Shown: piece by piece, positions 54,790 through 63,579 of the stretch
Layout: each line of letters starts with the position of its first letter
How positions within the stretch are numbered: position 1 is the first letter of the stretch
Source: a virus
Taxonomy: Duplodnaviria > Caudoviricetes
Virus record (IMG/VR): IMGVR_UViG_2639763012_000002
Coordinates: 1-64,000 of that record
DNA length: 64,000 bases
Strand: one strand, 5' to 3'
Program-made: the position numbers and the translations under genes
The notes under the pieces: generated by a model
What the model saw: the letters and a program-made list of their open reading frames with translations, nothing else
Told to the model about the DNA's origin: nothing
Databases searched by the model: none

Positions 54790-55511
54790 CCGAGCGGAGT
54801 GTGGTTGAGCACGCACTGACGGTCTACTACGACAGCGCCGAGATGGCGCGGCGGGTCCTCGCACAGCACGACGAGGCTGAGGTCGCCCGCCTGCGGGGCG
54901 CGTTGTCGGACGCGGCGGACCAAGTTGCGGGGTTGGAGTCCGATCTGGGGGGCGAGTCCGCCGAGGTCACCCGGCTGCGGGCCCGCGTTGAGGAGCTGGT
55001 GCGGCAGCGGGATGACGCGCTGGTGGGGATCGTCACGGCCAAGGCCGATGACGAGTTGGGGCCGGTGACTCCGCTCCGCTGGGGCCTGGGCGATGTGGAG
55101 GCGGACGACGACGGCAACCTGATGATCCTCATGTCCGGGCCCGACCGCGAGCCGTACATGCTGGAGCTGGACGCCGAGCGCGCCGCCGCGCTGCGCGACG
55201 AGCTGCCGGTCGCCGGCCCGGCCAGCGGAGGCTACCCGCCGGCCCTGCCCTGGGCGGCCTGGCTGGACGCCGACGACCTGTCCGCGCTGCTGGACGCCGT
55301 ATCCGACGTGGTGGTGCCGCATGCGCCGGCCGGCGAGCGGCTGACCGCGCTGGAGGAGGTGCTGGCCATGTACCGGCTGATCGCCGAGGTCGACCACGCC
55401 CAGGCGGTCGTATCCGGGCCCGGTCCGGATAGTGACGGGGACGTGTTGGTGGCGGTGCTGGACGCCCACGGCGTCGCCGACATCCCGGTCAGGGGTGACG
55501 GCCGTGGCTAA
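54786..55511 (+). CDS. Coiled-coil hypothetical protein
   Basis: GTGA-coupled; EVARLR/EVTRLR coiled coil. Confidence 0.7.
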   Translation: MTERSVVEHALTVYYDSAEMARRVLAQHDEAEVARLRGALSDAADQVAGLESDLGGESAEVTRLRARVEELVRQRDDALVGIVTAKADDELGPVTPLRWGLGDVEADDDGNLMILMSGPDREPYMLELDAERAAALRDELPVAGPASGGYPPALPWAAWLDADDLSALLDAVSDVVVPHAPAGERLTALEEVLAMYRLIAEVDHAQAVVSGPGPDSDGDVLVAVLDAHGVADIPVRGDGRG

Positions 55512-55785
55512 CCGGACGCCGATGAGTGCCCGCGCGACGCTGGAGGTCATGGTCCGCACGGGCCGGGGCCAGATGACGGTCTGGTCTCCGACCGAGGTCA
55601 AGCAGGCGCTCGACCGCTACCGGGCTGAGGCGCGGGCCGACGTGCTGGTCGAGCAGGCCGACGAGATGGTGGACGCCTGCCCGGCGCACGGGGAGGCCGA
55701 GGAGGCGTGGACGGTGTGCCACTGCGAGGTCGCCGACGAGATGCGGCGCCTCGCCGACCTGATGCGTCCGGGAGGTGACCGGTGA
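55504..55785 (+). CDS. Hypothetical protein
   Basis: CPAHG..CHCEVA motif; coupled to DUF5131 gene. Confidence 0.6.
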   Translation: MANRTPMSARATLEVMVRTGRGQMTVWSPTEVKQALDRYRAEARADVLVEQADEMVDACPAHGEAEEAWTVCHCEVADEMRRLADLMRPGGDR

Positions 55786-56852
55786 GCGCGACGACCAAGA
55801 TCGAATGGACGGACGCTACATGGAACCCGGTGACGGGCTACACGAAAGTCTCCCCAGGGTGCGACAACTGCTACGCGGAGACGCTGGCGGAGCGCTTCCG
55901 GGGCACCGGCGGCCACTACTTCGAGCAGGGCTTCGACGTGACATTGCGGCCGGAAAAGCTGCTGGAGCCGCTGCGGTGGCGGAAGCCGCGCCGGGTGTTT
56001 GTCAATTCGATGAGCGATCTCTTCCATGCCTCGGTGCCGGACGAGTATGTGGCGCGGGTGTGGGCGGTGATGGCCCTGGCCCCGCAGCACACATTCCAGG
56101 TGCTGACGAAGCGGCACGGGCGGCTGCGGGCGCTGCTCAGCAGCCCCCAGTTCCGGGAGCTGTGCGAGGCAGAGTGGAACTGGTTGGTGGGCGACGAGTC
56201 CACTCCGATGCCGCAGTACCGGCGTGACGCGTTCATGCGGCAGTGGTGGAGCGAGTTCTCCAGGCCGTTGCGCAACGTCTGGTTGGGCGTCTCTGCGGAG
56301 GACCAGGAGCGCGCCGATCTGCGGGTGCCGGCCCTGTTGGAAACGCCGGCTGCTGTGCGGTTCCTGTCCTGTGAACCACTCCTCGGGCCGATCGACCTCG
56401 AAGGGCCGCTGGACGGGCCCGGGACCCGCCGGCAGTTGACGTACTGGCTGACGGGACGCCCCGGGGTCGGGGCGCCGAGCCCGACGCTCAGCGGTGTGGA
56501 CATGCGGCCCCTGACGGTGGGGCCGCGCCTTGACTGGGTGATTGCTGGGGGTGAGTCCGGGCGCGGTGCGCGTCCGATGCACCCCGACTGGGCCCGCCGG
56601 CTGCGGGACCAGTGCCAGCAGGCGGGCGTGCCGTTCCTGTTCAAGCAGTGGGGCGAGTACGTGCCGACTGGCTACCTGGTGATCGGTGGCACGGGCAGCG
56701 GCACGCTGGCCTTCAAGGACCCGGTGGACGAGTTGGGCCACCGGGTGGAGGTGCGGCGCGTGGGGAAGGGGCGCGCTGGCCGTGAGTTGGATGGACGGGT
56801 CTGGGACGAGTTCCCGACCCCGAGCCGGGCGCGCGGGGGTGAGGCGTCGTGA
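55782..56852 (+). CDS. DUF5131 (phage Gp37/Gp68) family protein
   Basis: TKIEWTDATWNPVTG..SPGCDNCYA, FVNSMSDLFH, QVLTKR, FLSCEPLLG, GGESG, FLFKQWG. Confidence 0.95.
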   Translation: MSATTKIEWTDATWNPVTGYTKVSPGCDNCYAETLAERFRGTGGHYFEQGFDVTLRPEKLLEPLRWRKPRRVFVNSMSDLFHASVPDEYVARVWAVMALAPQHTFQVLTKRHGRLRALLSSPQFRELCEAEWNWLVGDESTPMPQYRRDAFMRQWWSEFSRPLRNVWLGVSAEDQERADLRVPALLETPAAVRFLSCEPLLGPIDLEGPLDGPGTRRQLTYWLTGRPGVGAPSPTLSGVDMRPLTVGPRLDWVIAGGESGRGARPMHPDWARRLRDQCQQAGVPFLFKQWGEYVPTGYLVIGGTGSGTLAFKDPVDELGHRVEVRRVGKGRAGRELDGRVWDEFPTPSRARGGEAS

Positions 56853-57568
56853 GCGTGGAAACCCTCACTGCCGAGCTGCCGGCCGATGTGGAGGCCCTGC
56901 GGGAGCTGTGTCTGGCGCAGCGGGAGCAGCTGCGGCGGCTGGAGCGGGACGCGTTGACGGGGCTGCTGCGGCGTGAGCCCTGGCACGACCGCGCGGAGGC
57001 GTGGCTGGCCGATCCGGAGACCGGCCCGTGGGCGCTGGCATTCCTGGATCTGGACGGGTTCAAGCCGGTCAACGACCGGCTGGGGCACGCGGCCGGCGAC
57101 GAGCTGCTGCGCGCCATCGGTGGCCGCCTCTCCGCGTGGGCCGAGCGGGCGGGCGCTCTGGTTGGCCGGCTGGGCGGCGACGAGTTCGCCGCGCTGTGGC
57201 CGTCTGCCGGGCCGGAGGCGGCCCGAGTGGGGGCGGCCGAGGTGGCGCGGCGCATCGCCGTCCCGGTGCTGCTGACCGGGGACGGGCTGCCGCCTGCTGT
57301 GCGCGGCGCCCAGGTACGGGTGACGGCCTCGGTCGGCGTTGTTCGGCAGGCGGACCATCCGGACGCTGGGCTGGGCGAGTTGCTGGGGCTGGCCGACGCG
57401 GCGATGTACCGGGCCAAGGAGGCCGGCGAGGCCGGCGCTCCGGGGCCCCGGGTGTGGCTGGCCGACCCGGACGTCGCCGCATGGCGCGAGCGGGCTGCCT
57501 GCCAGCGGCCGGCTGGTGAGCGGCGGGCGGGACGGCCCTACCCAGCCCCCACCACCCCGCCCGAATAA
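56849..57568 (+). CDS. Diguanylate cyclase (stand-alone GGDEF)
   Basis: DALTGL, DLDGFKPVNDRLGHAAGDELL, GRLGGDEF, ADAAMYRAK. Confidence 0.93.
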   Translation: MSVETLTAELPADVEALRELCLAQREQLRRLERDALTGLLRREPWHDRAEAWLADPETGPWALAFLDLDGFKPVNDRLGHAAGDELLRAIGGRLSAWAERAGALVGRLGGDEFAALWPSAGPEAARVGAAEVARRIAVPVLLTGDGLPPAVRGAQVRVTASVGVVRQADHPDAGLGELLGLADAAMYRAKEAGEAGAPGPRVWLADPDVAAWRERAACQRPAGERRAGRPYPAPTTPPE

Positions 57569-57900
57569 CCACTGGGGACGGCCACCGCGCCGCCCCCACC
57601 TCTCCCACGCCAGGGCCCTGGCCGCGCACACCTGCGTCTGGCCGGGGCCCTGGCCCACCCATGCCTCACACACCCCCAACGCCCTGCCCGGGGCGGCTGG
57701 TTGAGCTGGCGCGGCGCGCTGGCGGGTCGGCGGTTTTCACGCGCTCCTGTGAACCGTCGCGCCGCCCTCGTGCGCCCGTGCCGCCGCTCCCACCCCCCGG
57801 GTCGGCCTGACCGGAGAACTACCGTGCCCCCGCACAAGAACCACCCCACCCACGACCGCCGCCAGGCACAGGCCGGAGCGTCCCGCCAGGCGGTGTCCCG

Positions 57901-59421
57901 GTGAGCATCGAGGCGCTGAACTACGCCGTGAGAGTCCGGGTAGGCGACCTGACGGCGAAATTTGTTCTCGGCCGTCTGGCCGACCGCGCTGACGAGCGCT
58001 ACTCCTGCTACCCCTCGGTCCCGCTGCTGGCCGCCGAGGCCGAGAAATCACCGCGCGTCATCCAGCGGGCGCTGGCCACGCTCCGCACGTTGGGTCTGGT
58101 CTCCGACCGTGTGACCATGCGCGCCGACGGCAGCCAAGGGGCGAACAGGTACTACCTGCACGGCCCTTGGGACGACTACGGCGGCACTGGGACGCCGTTC
58201 CCGGAGATCGTGACGCCCAAGGAGGCGCGGGCCGCGCGGTGGGCTCAGGCGCCAGCTGAGGGCGAGTTCCGGGCTGGTACGGCGGCGGCCGTCGCCGAGG
58301 ACGGGGACGAGGAGGCCGCCGCCGAAGTGCGGCGGCGCGTGGCCGAGGCGGCGCAGGCCGGACAGGAACGCCTCGAAGCGCGACGCGAGAAGGCAAGGAA
58401 AGCGGCCGCGGCAGCCCACGCGAAATCGCAGGTCAGCGACATTTCCGCAGGTGGGGATGGGGTGACGTCCACGTCGTCCCCCCCGGTGACGTGCACGTCG
58501 CCCCCCGGGGTGACGCCCACGTCACCCCTAGAACCATCAGTAGTAACCACCAACGAGGAACCCTCTCCCGTCCGTCCGTCTCGTAACGGTGAGGAGTGTG
58601 CGCGTGAGGCCGGAGACGAAACGGAGGGACGGACGGGCAGCGGCTCCCCCAGGGCAGGCGGTGGCACATCCGGCGCCCGGCCGGGGCCGGGTACCCCGGG
58701 TGTGCCGACGACCGAGGCCGAGGGCGAGGACCAGGGGCAGGACGTGCCGGCGGTGCGCGGCGCCGCAGCCCGGCCAGTGCCGTCCGGCGCACCTGCCGGC
58801 CGCCGGTCGCCCGGTGTCGAGTTGCTGCTCGCGATCGGCCAGGAGCGGCCGGAGTATCTGCTGACCGGCCGGACGCTGTCGGATCAGGGCCTGATGGTCA
58901 CGGGGATGCTGGACGCCGGGTGGTCGCCGGAGTTGGTGCGGCAGATCGTGGCGGGCCGGCCGCTGCCGCCGGCGGGTGAGATCCGGGCGAGCGTGGGGGC
59001 GATCGTCGCCGCCCGGCTGCGGGATGCGGTCAGCTCTGGCCCCCCGCCCCCACCCGGGCAACACCCGTTCGGGGCCGGCTCGTTGAACGGGAATGACCAC
59101 GGCCACAGCCTCGACCACGGCGCCGGCAGTTCGGGCAGGCCCGGCAGTCCCGGGCGGCCCTGGGACACGCCCACGCCGACCGCGCCCACCTACGGCCAGC
59201 ACCTCACCCGGGTCATGTCGGAATGCGAGGGCCAGGACGGGGCGTGCGGCCGACCCGTGCGCCCCGGCTACGACCTGTGCACCGGCTGCCTGGACCTGCC
59301 CTGGTGCGAGTGCGGCGCGGCCCGCATCGACCCCGGCCGAGGCGAGGAGCGCTGCCCGGACTGCGGGGCGGCGGCCGAGGCCCTGGGCGCCGCGCTCCAC
59401 GCTCCGCACACGGCCCGCTGA
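57901..59421 (+). CDS. Phage replication initiator-like protein (N-terminal HTH_36)
   Basis: MSIEALNYA..AKFVLGRLADRADERYSCYPSVPLLAAEAE..IQRALATL..DGSQGANRYYL; C-terminal Cys clusters. Confidence 0.8.
   Translation: MSIEALNYAVRVRVGDLTAKFVLGRLADRADERYSCYPSVPLLAAEAEKSPRVIQRALATLRTLGLVSDRVTMRADGSQGANRYYLHGPWDDYGGTGTPFPEIVTPKEARAARWAQAPAEGEFRAGTAAAVAEDGDEEAAAEVRRRVAEAAQAGQERLEARREKARKAAAAAHAKSQVSDISAGGDGVTSTSSPPVTCTSPPGVTPTSPLEPSVVTTNEEPSPVRPSRNGEECAREAGDETEGRTGSGSPRAGGGTSGARPGPGTPGVPTTEAEGEDQGQDVPAVRGAAARPVPSGAPAGRRSPGVELLLAIGQERPEYLLTGRTLSDQGLMVTGMLDAGWSPELVRQIVAGRPLPPAGEIRASVGAIVAARLRDAVSSGPPPPPGQHPFGAGSLNGNDHGHSLDHGAGSSGRPGSPGRPWDTPTPTAPTYGQHLTRVMSECEGQDGACGRPVRPGYDLCTGCLDLPWCECGAARIDPGRGEERCPDCGAAAEALGAALHAPHTAR
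58461..58529. repeat. Three 24-bp-period palindromic iterons inside the initiator gene (putative origin)
   Basis: GGTGACG-N4-CGTC(G/A) units at 58461, 58485, 58509. Confidence 0.75.
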
Positions 59422-59455
59422 ACCACTAACCGCCACCCGATACCGGAGGAGCCCG

Positions 59456-60100
59456 ATGATGGACGACTACGAAACGCCCGACGCTCTCGAAGCGCTGCTC
59501 GACGACCTCCGCCTACCGGCCGGCGTCCACGCTGCCGTGCTGTCCGATACCAGCGCATACGACAACAGCCTCGTCACGCGCTGCGTGGTGTGGAGCGACC
59601 GCCCCGACCGCACTTGCCCCATGTGCACGCAGCCCATCAATCAGGACCTGAGCGAGTACTGCCCGGTCGTCCTCGACGGCAGCGCGGCCCCCGCCCCCAC
59701 GGTGCTGGACCGAGACCAGGAGCACGGCTGCGGGCACTGGCTGGCCGTCTACACCGACGTCGTGCAGGGCACCGGAGATGAGGGCGAGGTCACCGAGGCC
59801 GACGTCCTCGAATCCGCGCAGGGGGTTGCTGAGGAGCTGCGTGACCACAAGCAGAGGCTCCACGAAGCGGCGATGCGGAGACTGCACGAGGAGCTGACGG
59901 ACGTGCTGGAGAGGCTGGCCGCGCCCCTCGCCCCTGGCGAGACCAGGCGGGAGAGGGAGGAGTCGCTGGTCACTGGCAGCGAGATGTATCCCGGCGCCTT
60001 CCGCAACGACGGTGGCCAGTGGGTCGCCTGGGACTACAACCCCAACCTGCCCGGCGAGATCATCGAGGTTACCGCTGACGCGGACCGCCGGGCGGGCTGA
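59456..60100 (+). CDS. Acidic hypothetical protein with Zn-ribbon motif
   Basis: GGAGGAG RBS; CPMC..HGCGHW. Confidence 0.7.
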   Translation: MMDDYETPDALEALLDDLRLPAGVHAAVLSDTSAYDNSLVTRCVVWSDRPDRTCPMCTQPINQDLSEYCPVVLDGSAAPAPTVLDRDQEHGCGHWLAVYTDVVQGTGDEGEVTEADVLESAQGVAEELRDHKQRLHEAAMRRLHEELTDVLERLAAPLAPGETRREREESLVTGSEMYPGAFRNDGGQWVAWDYNPNLPGEIIEVTADADRRAG

Positions 60101-60193
60101 CCGGCAGCGCCGCAGGGGCCCCGCCCCTCGCTGTCAAGGCAGGGCGCGACCCCATTCGGCAGCGTCCGTCGCAAGCTGGCTACCGTGGAGACC

Positions 60194-60508
60194 ATGAGCG
60201 ACACAACCGACCTACCGGCAACTTCCCTGCCTCACGCCCTCACCAAAGGCCAGTTGGTGCGGATGCTCAGCGAAGGCGACTTCAGGGACCTACCTGACGA
60301 CACCCCCCTCATCCTCAGCAAGGATGCTGAGGGCAACGGGTACTCGCCGGTATCTGGCGCGACCCTCGCGATGTACGTGGCGGAGACCACATGGTCCGGC
60401 GAGACCTACCCGCCCGACAGCGTCATCGACGCGTCCGACGTCTACGGGGACGAGGATCGCGCCCCCGAGGGAGCCGTGCTGGTGATCGAGTTCTCGCCTG
60501 TCAACTGA
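60194..60508 (+). CDS. Small acidic phage protein
   Basis: LPDDTPLILSKDAEGNGYSP...PVN motif. Confidence 0.75.
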   Translation: MSDTTDLPATSLPHALTKGQLVRMLSEGDFRDLPDDTPLILSKDAEGNGYSPVSGATLAMYVAETTWSGETYPPDSVIDASDVYGDEDRAPEGAVLVIEFSPVN

Positions 60509-60517
60509 CCGGGGCGA

Positions 60518-60859
60518 TCAGAACCCGCCTCCGCCCGCGTCGCCACCTGCCGAGCCGCCGCTGTCGCCACCGCCGCCCCACGATGATGAGTCGCTACCGC
60601 TCGACGACGACCAGCCCGAGGACGACGACGGGGGAACGGACCAGAACGAGGCCCCAGGGTCGGCCACAGGGGCAGCCGCCTGCGTCGACGTGTCCGCGGG
60701 CAACGGCGCGGGCGGGGGCGCTTCGCCCGGCAGGTCGGGTGCCTCGGTGGTGATGATGTCGATTGCGGCCCCGGCGGCCCCCTCGAACCCACTGTGGTTG
60801 TGCCGGCCGTGATCGCGGCGGTTCGTGCTGCGCCTGCTGCGGCGCTTGAAAATACCCAT
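60518..60859 (-). CDS. Low-complexity Ser/Gly-tailed protein
   Basis: Basic N-terminus, SSSSGSDSSSWGGGGDSGG tail. Confidence 0.55.
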   Translation of the reverse strand: MGIFKRRSRRSTNRRDHGRHNHSGFEGAAGAAIDIITTEAPDLPGEAPPPAPLPADTSTQAAAPVADPGASFWSVPPSSSSGWSSSSGSDSSSWGGGGDSGGSAGGDAGGGGF

Positions 60860-60927
60860 GCCTTGAGGGTGCCCGACGGTCAGTCAACTGATGGGCGATT
60901 TGAGGGAGTTCAGAGGGTTCACGCGGC

Positions 60928-61215
60928 TCATCCCTGGCGGGCGAACACCAGGAACAACACCACGACCACGACCACCAGCGCGCACGACACCCACCGATCC
61001 AGGCCGGACAGTTCGTCCGGTTCGGGCTCAGGGGCGTCCTGGTACGGCTCGGACGGTTCCGGCAGCTGAACGTCGATCCGCTCGCCGTCCGGGGCCAGCC
61101 CGTGGTGGGCCGCGGCGCGGTGCTCGGTCTGGTCGTCCTGGGCCTGGCGACGGGTACGGCGGGGCTCGGCGGTGACACCGCACAGGGCGCAGCGGTAGGT
61201 GTAGGGGCGGGACAC
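60928..61215 (-). CDS. Zn-finger membrane protein (paralog of 6531 and 48999 genes)
   Basis: YRCALC...HRAAAHHGLAPDG plus C-terminal TM; TACGCT -10-like box just upstream. Confidence 0.7.
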   Translation of the reverse strand: MSRPYTYRCALCGVTAEPRRTRRQAQDDQTEHRAAAHHGLAPDGERIDVQLPEPSEPYQDAPEPEPDELSGLDRWVSCALVVVVVVLFLVFARQG

Positions 61216-61309
61216 GACCGGTGAGCGTAGTGGTCAGTCGGCCGTGCCGCAGCGAGATCATGCGGATTCACCGGCCGCCCCACGCCGGCCGACCGTGCGG
61301 GCTATCCTC

Positions 61310-61342
61310 GTCCTGATCATCAGTCCCTGGAGGGATCATGCC
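61310..61342 (+). CRISPR. Solitary degenerate type I-B-like repeat upstream of cas8 (not an array)
   Basis: GTCCTGATCATCAGTCCCTGGAGGGATCATGCC following a TATCCT -10 box; similarity to actinobacterial I-B repeats judged from memory. Confidence 0.45.
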
Positions 61343-61385
61343 TCGGGCTCCAGCCGGTGCCCGTCGTCCCCCTGGGAGCCCTTTC

Positions 61386-62723
61386 GTGACTACTACCACT
61401 GTCCTGTCGCTCACTCACCACCCCCTCCAGCGTGCTGGCGCATGGGCTGTCACGCACATCGCGGGCCGGTTCCGGCCCGAGGAGGTGTCAGGGGATGACC
61501 TGGAGCTGGTCGTTGGGCTGATCGTCCGAGACGCGACTCGGGCTGCTGTCGCGCCGAAGGACGATGGCCCGGCTGGCTACGACTGGTGGAAGGTACTCTT
61601 CGCGCTCTTCCCGAACTCCAAGCCGACCCACGCCAAGCGCGGCCGGGACCAGGAGGTGATCCGTAGCAAGGTCGCGGCGCTGTTCGCCCCGGACGGCGTC
61701 ACCGGCCGGTCGTGGCCGTGTACGTTCTGCGCCCAGATGACGGGCACGGCGTGGGGGAAGTCGAATCTCCCCCTGTTCGACACGTCCAAGGCGTTGAACA
61801 ACGTGCCGCCGGGCGTGCCGGGTTGGCCGATCTGCCGTGGATGCCGGGTCGCGATCTGGACCCTGCCCTACGGGGCGTGGGTGACGGCTGGCTCGGCGAC
61901 GGTTTTCACCTGCGAGGACGAGGCAGCCGAGCGCCGGTTCGTCGAGCACAGCGTGGCCCGGTCCCGGCGGATCGTCGACGGCGGGTTCGAGGCGCTGGCG
62001 GCGGACGGGGTGGAGGACGGGCCGTTCGCCCTCGCCCTCCAGCAGCTGCGGGATGTCGGGGGCCGGCAGCACGCCGCCGGCGGGCTGGCCAGTTCCACGT
62101 TGTGGCGGTTCAAGAACGACAACGAGGAGCCCTGGCTGCGGGCGTCCTTCACCCGTCGGGCCGTGCCGCGCTTCCTGGCTCTGGTGCAGGGCAACGCGCC
62201 GCTGCGGGAGGCATGGGCGCTGCTGGAGGAGGCGTTGGTACAGCGGGACCGGCGCGGCAGGGTCGTGGCCAGCGGTGCGGGAGAGGCGGCGCGGCTGGTG
62301 TTCGAGGCCGAGGACGGAACGAGCCGGTCGTTGCTGTGGGCGTTGCACGAACTACGAGGCTCTGAGCGCCTGACCTCGGCGCAGCGGCACAACATCGCCC
62401 GGCTGGCCGGCGAGTACGGCCGGCATGTACTGGGGATCGATGATGGCAATCTGGCGCCGGCTGCCGAGGTGTTGGCCACGTGGATCTGGCGTGGCGGTCC
62501 CGAGGGGCAGCGGCAGCAGCGGCGGGCGGAGTACCTGGAGGCCGCGCCCAACCCCTACAAGTTGGGGTTGGTGATGATGCGGGCGAACTCCCGGCTGTTC
62601 CTGGCCGGTCTGCCGGTCAGGGCGACGGTGGAGGACTGGCGTCCGCTGCTCCAGTCTGACGCGCGTGCGTGGGCGCGTCGGCTGCTGTTGGGTGCGGCCG
62701 TGGATCGGCAACCCGTCGGCTGA
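61386..62723 (+). CDS. cas8: Orphan type I-B CRISPR large subunit Cas8b1/Cst1-like protein
   Basis: LTHHPLQRAGA N-terminus, LFPNS, CTFC..KSNLPL..LNN..ICRGC..WTLPYG (CxxC_CxxC) layout, helical C-terminal domain; GGGAG RBS before GTG 61386. Confidence 0.7.
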   Translation: MTTTTVLSLTHHPLQRAGAWAVTHIAGRFRPEEVSGDDLELVVGLIVRDATRAAVAPKDDGPAGYDWWKVLFALFPNSKPTHAKRGRDQEVIRSKVAALFAPDGVTGRSWPCTFCAQMTGTAWGKSNLPLFDTSKALNNVPPGVPGWPICRGCRVAIWTLPYGAWVTAGSATVFTCEDEAAERRFVEHSVARSRRIVDGGFEALAADGVEDGPFALALQQLRDVGGRQHAAGGLASSTLWRFKNDNEEPWLRASFTRRAVPRFLALVQGNAPLREAWALLEEALVQRDRRGRVVASGAGEAARLVFEAEDGTSRSLLWALHELRGSERLTSAQRHNIARLAGEYGRHVLGIDDGNLAPAAEVLATWIWRGGPEGQRQQRRAEYLEAAPNPYKLGLVMMRANSRLFLAGLPVRATVEDWRPLLQSDARAWARRLLLGAAVDRQPVG

Positions 62724-62760
62724 TCTCGTGGGGTGGTCTGCGTGGCTCCCCCAACCCGCT

Positions 62761-62805
62761 TGTAACGTGCCCCCGTTGACTTTCGTAACGGGGGCACGTT
62801 ACATT
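62761..62805 (+). promoter_or_regulatory. Promoter overlapped by a perfect 17-bp inverted repeat (double operator)
   Basis: tgtaacgtgcccccgtt-N9-aacgggggcacgttaca; TTGACT-18-TACATT. Confidence 0.8.
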
Positions 62806-62842
62806 CGTGGTGTTGGGCCACCCACTCACCATGGAGGACACC

Positions 62843-63469
62843 ATGACCGACGCCCCCCTCGCCACCGTCACCGTCGCCGACTGGGACGCCGCCGAGGTGT
62901 ACCTCGCCGAGCACACCAGCGACGCCACCTACACCCTCACCGAGCTGACCGCCGCCCACGACGCCGACCTCCACGAGATCCGCCTCGACCCCGAAACCCG
63001 CACCATCTGGTGGGCCTACGACAACGGCCCCGTCCGCGGCAAGGGCTGGACCGTCGACCACCTCACCCCGGCGGCCGCCGCCGAACAGGCCGAGCCCATC
63101 ATCGACACGACCCAGGACCGCATGGGCGACCCCGAGGGGTACGCCGGGCAGATCCACCGCCTCGACGACGACCAGGCGCTCCTCGACGAGTACACCGAGA
63201 TCCTGCGCCTGACCCTCCCTGCCGACCCGCAGGCCGCCCGCGCCGAGATCCGCACCCGCCGTGCTCTCGCCGACGCCTTGTGGCAGCGCGCCGACGCCGA
63301 GCTGGTCCGCAGCCTCGCCGGCAGCGACCGGGGCGGCAAGGCCGCCGCCGCACGGACCCTGGGCATCACCCGGATGCAGGTCACCCGTCTCATCAGCGAC
63401 GACGACAGGCGGCGGGACGCCCTCACCCAGGCCGTGCGGGAGGCGGAAGCCGACTACCCCGACCGCTGA
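62843..63469 (+). CDS. Acidic N-terminal domain fused to a C-terminal HTH
   Basis: GGAGG RBS; D/E-rich first ~125 aa; GGKAAAARTLGITRMQVTRLI HTH. Confidence 0.8.
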   Translation: MTDAPLATVTVADWDAAEVYLAEHTSDATYTLTELTAAHDADLHEIRLDPETRTIWWAYDNGPVRGKGWTVDHLTPAAAAEQAEPIIDTTQDRMGDPEGYAGQIHRLDDDQALLDEYTEILRLTLPADPQAARAEIRTRRALADALWQRADAELVRSLAGSDRGGKAAAARTLGITRMQVTRLISDDDRRRDALTQAVREAEADYPDR

Positions 63470-63500
63470 TCGACCCAGCCGCGCCGCGCTATAGTGCTAA

Positions 63501-63529
63501 CCTCATCGCCCCTACGAGGGGACCCCTGC
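63501..63529 (+). CRISPR. Solitary type I-B-like repeat (not an array)
   Basis: CCTCATCGCCCCTACGAGGGG with CCCCT-ACG-AGGGG hairpin, 6 nt after a TATAGT -10 box; 3' handle region diverged (ACCCCTGC). Confidence 0.55.
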
Positions 63530-63579
63530 CAGCCAGCCGTGGCCCATGGTGCGCCACGGCCGACCGACGGACGGCCCTC

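Noticed and set aside
61300-63530. A true CRISPR array
   Set aside because: The two repeat-like units differ in sequence and are 2.2 kb apart; no repeat-spacer periodicity
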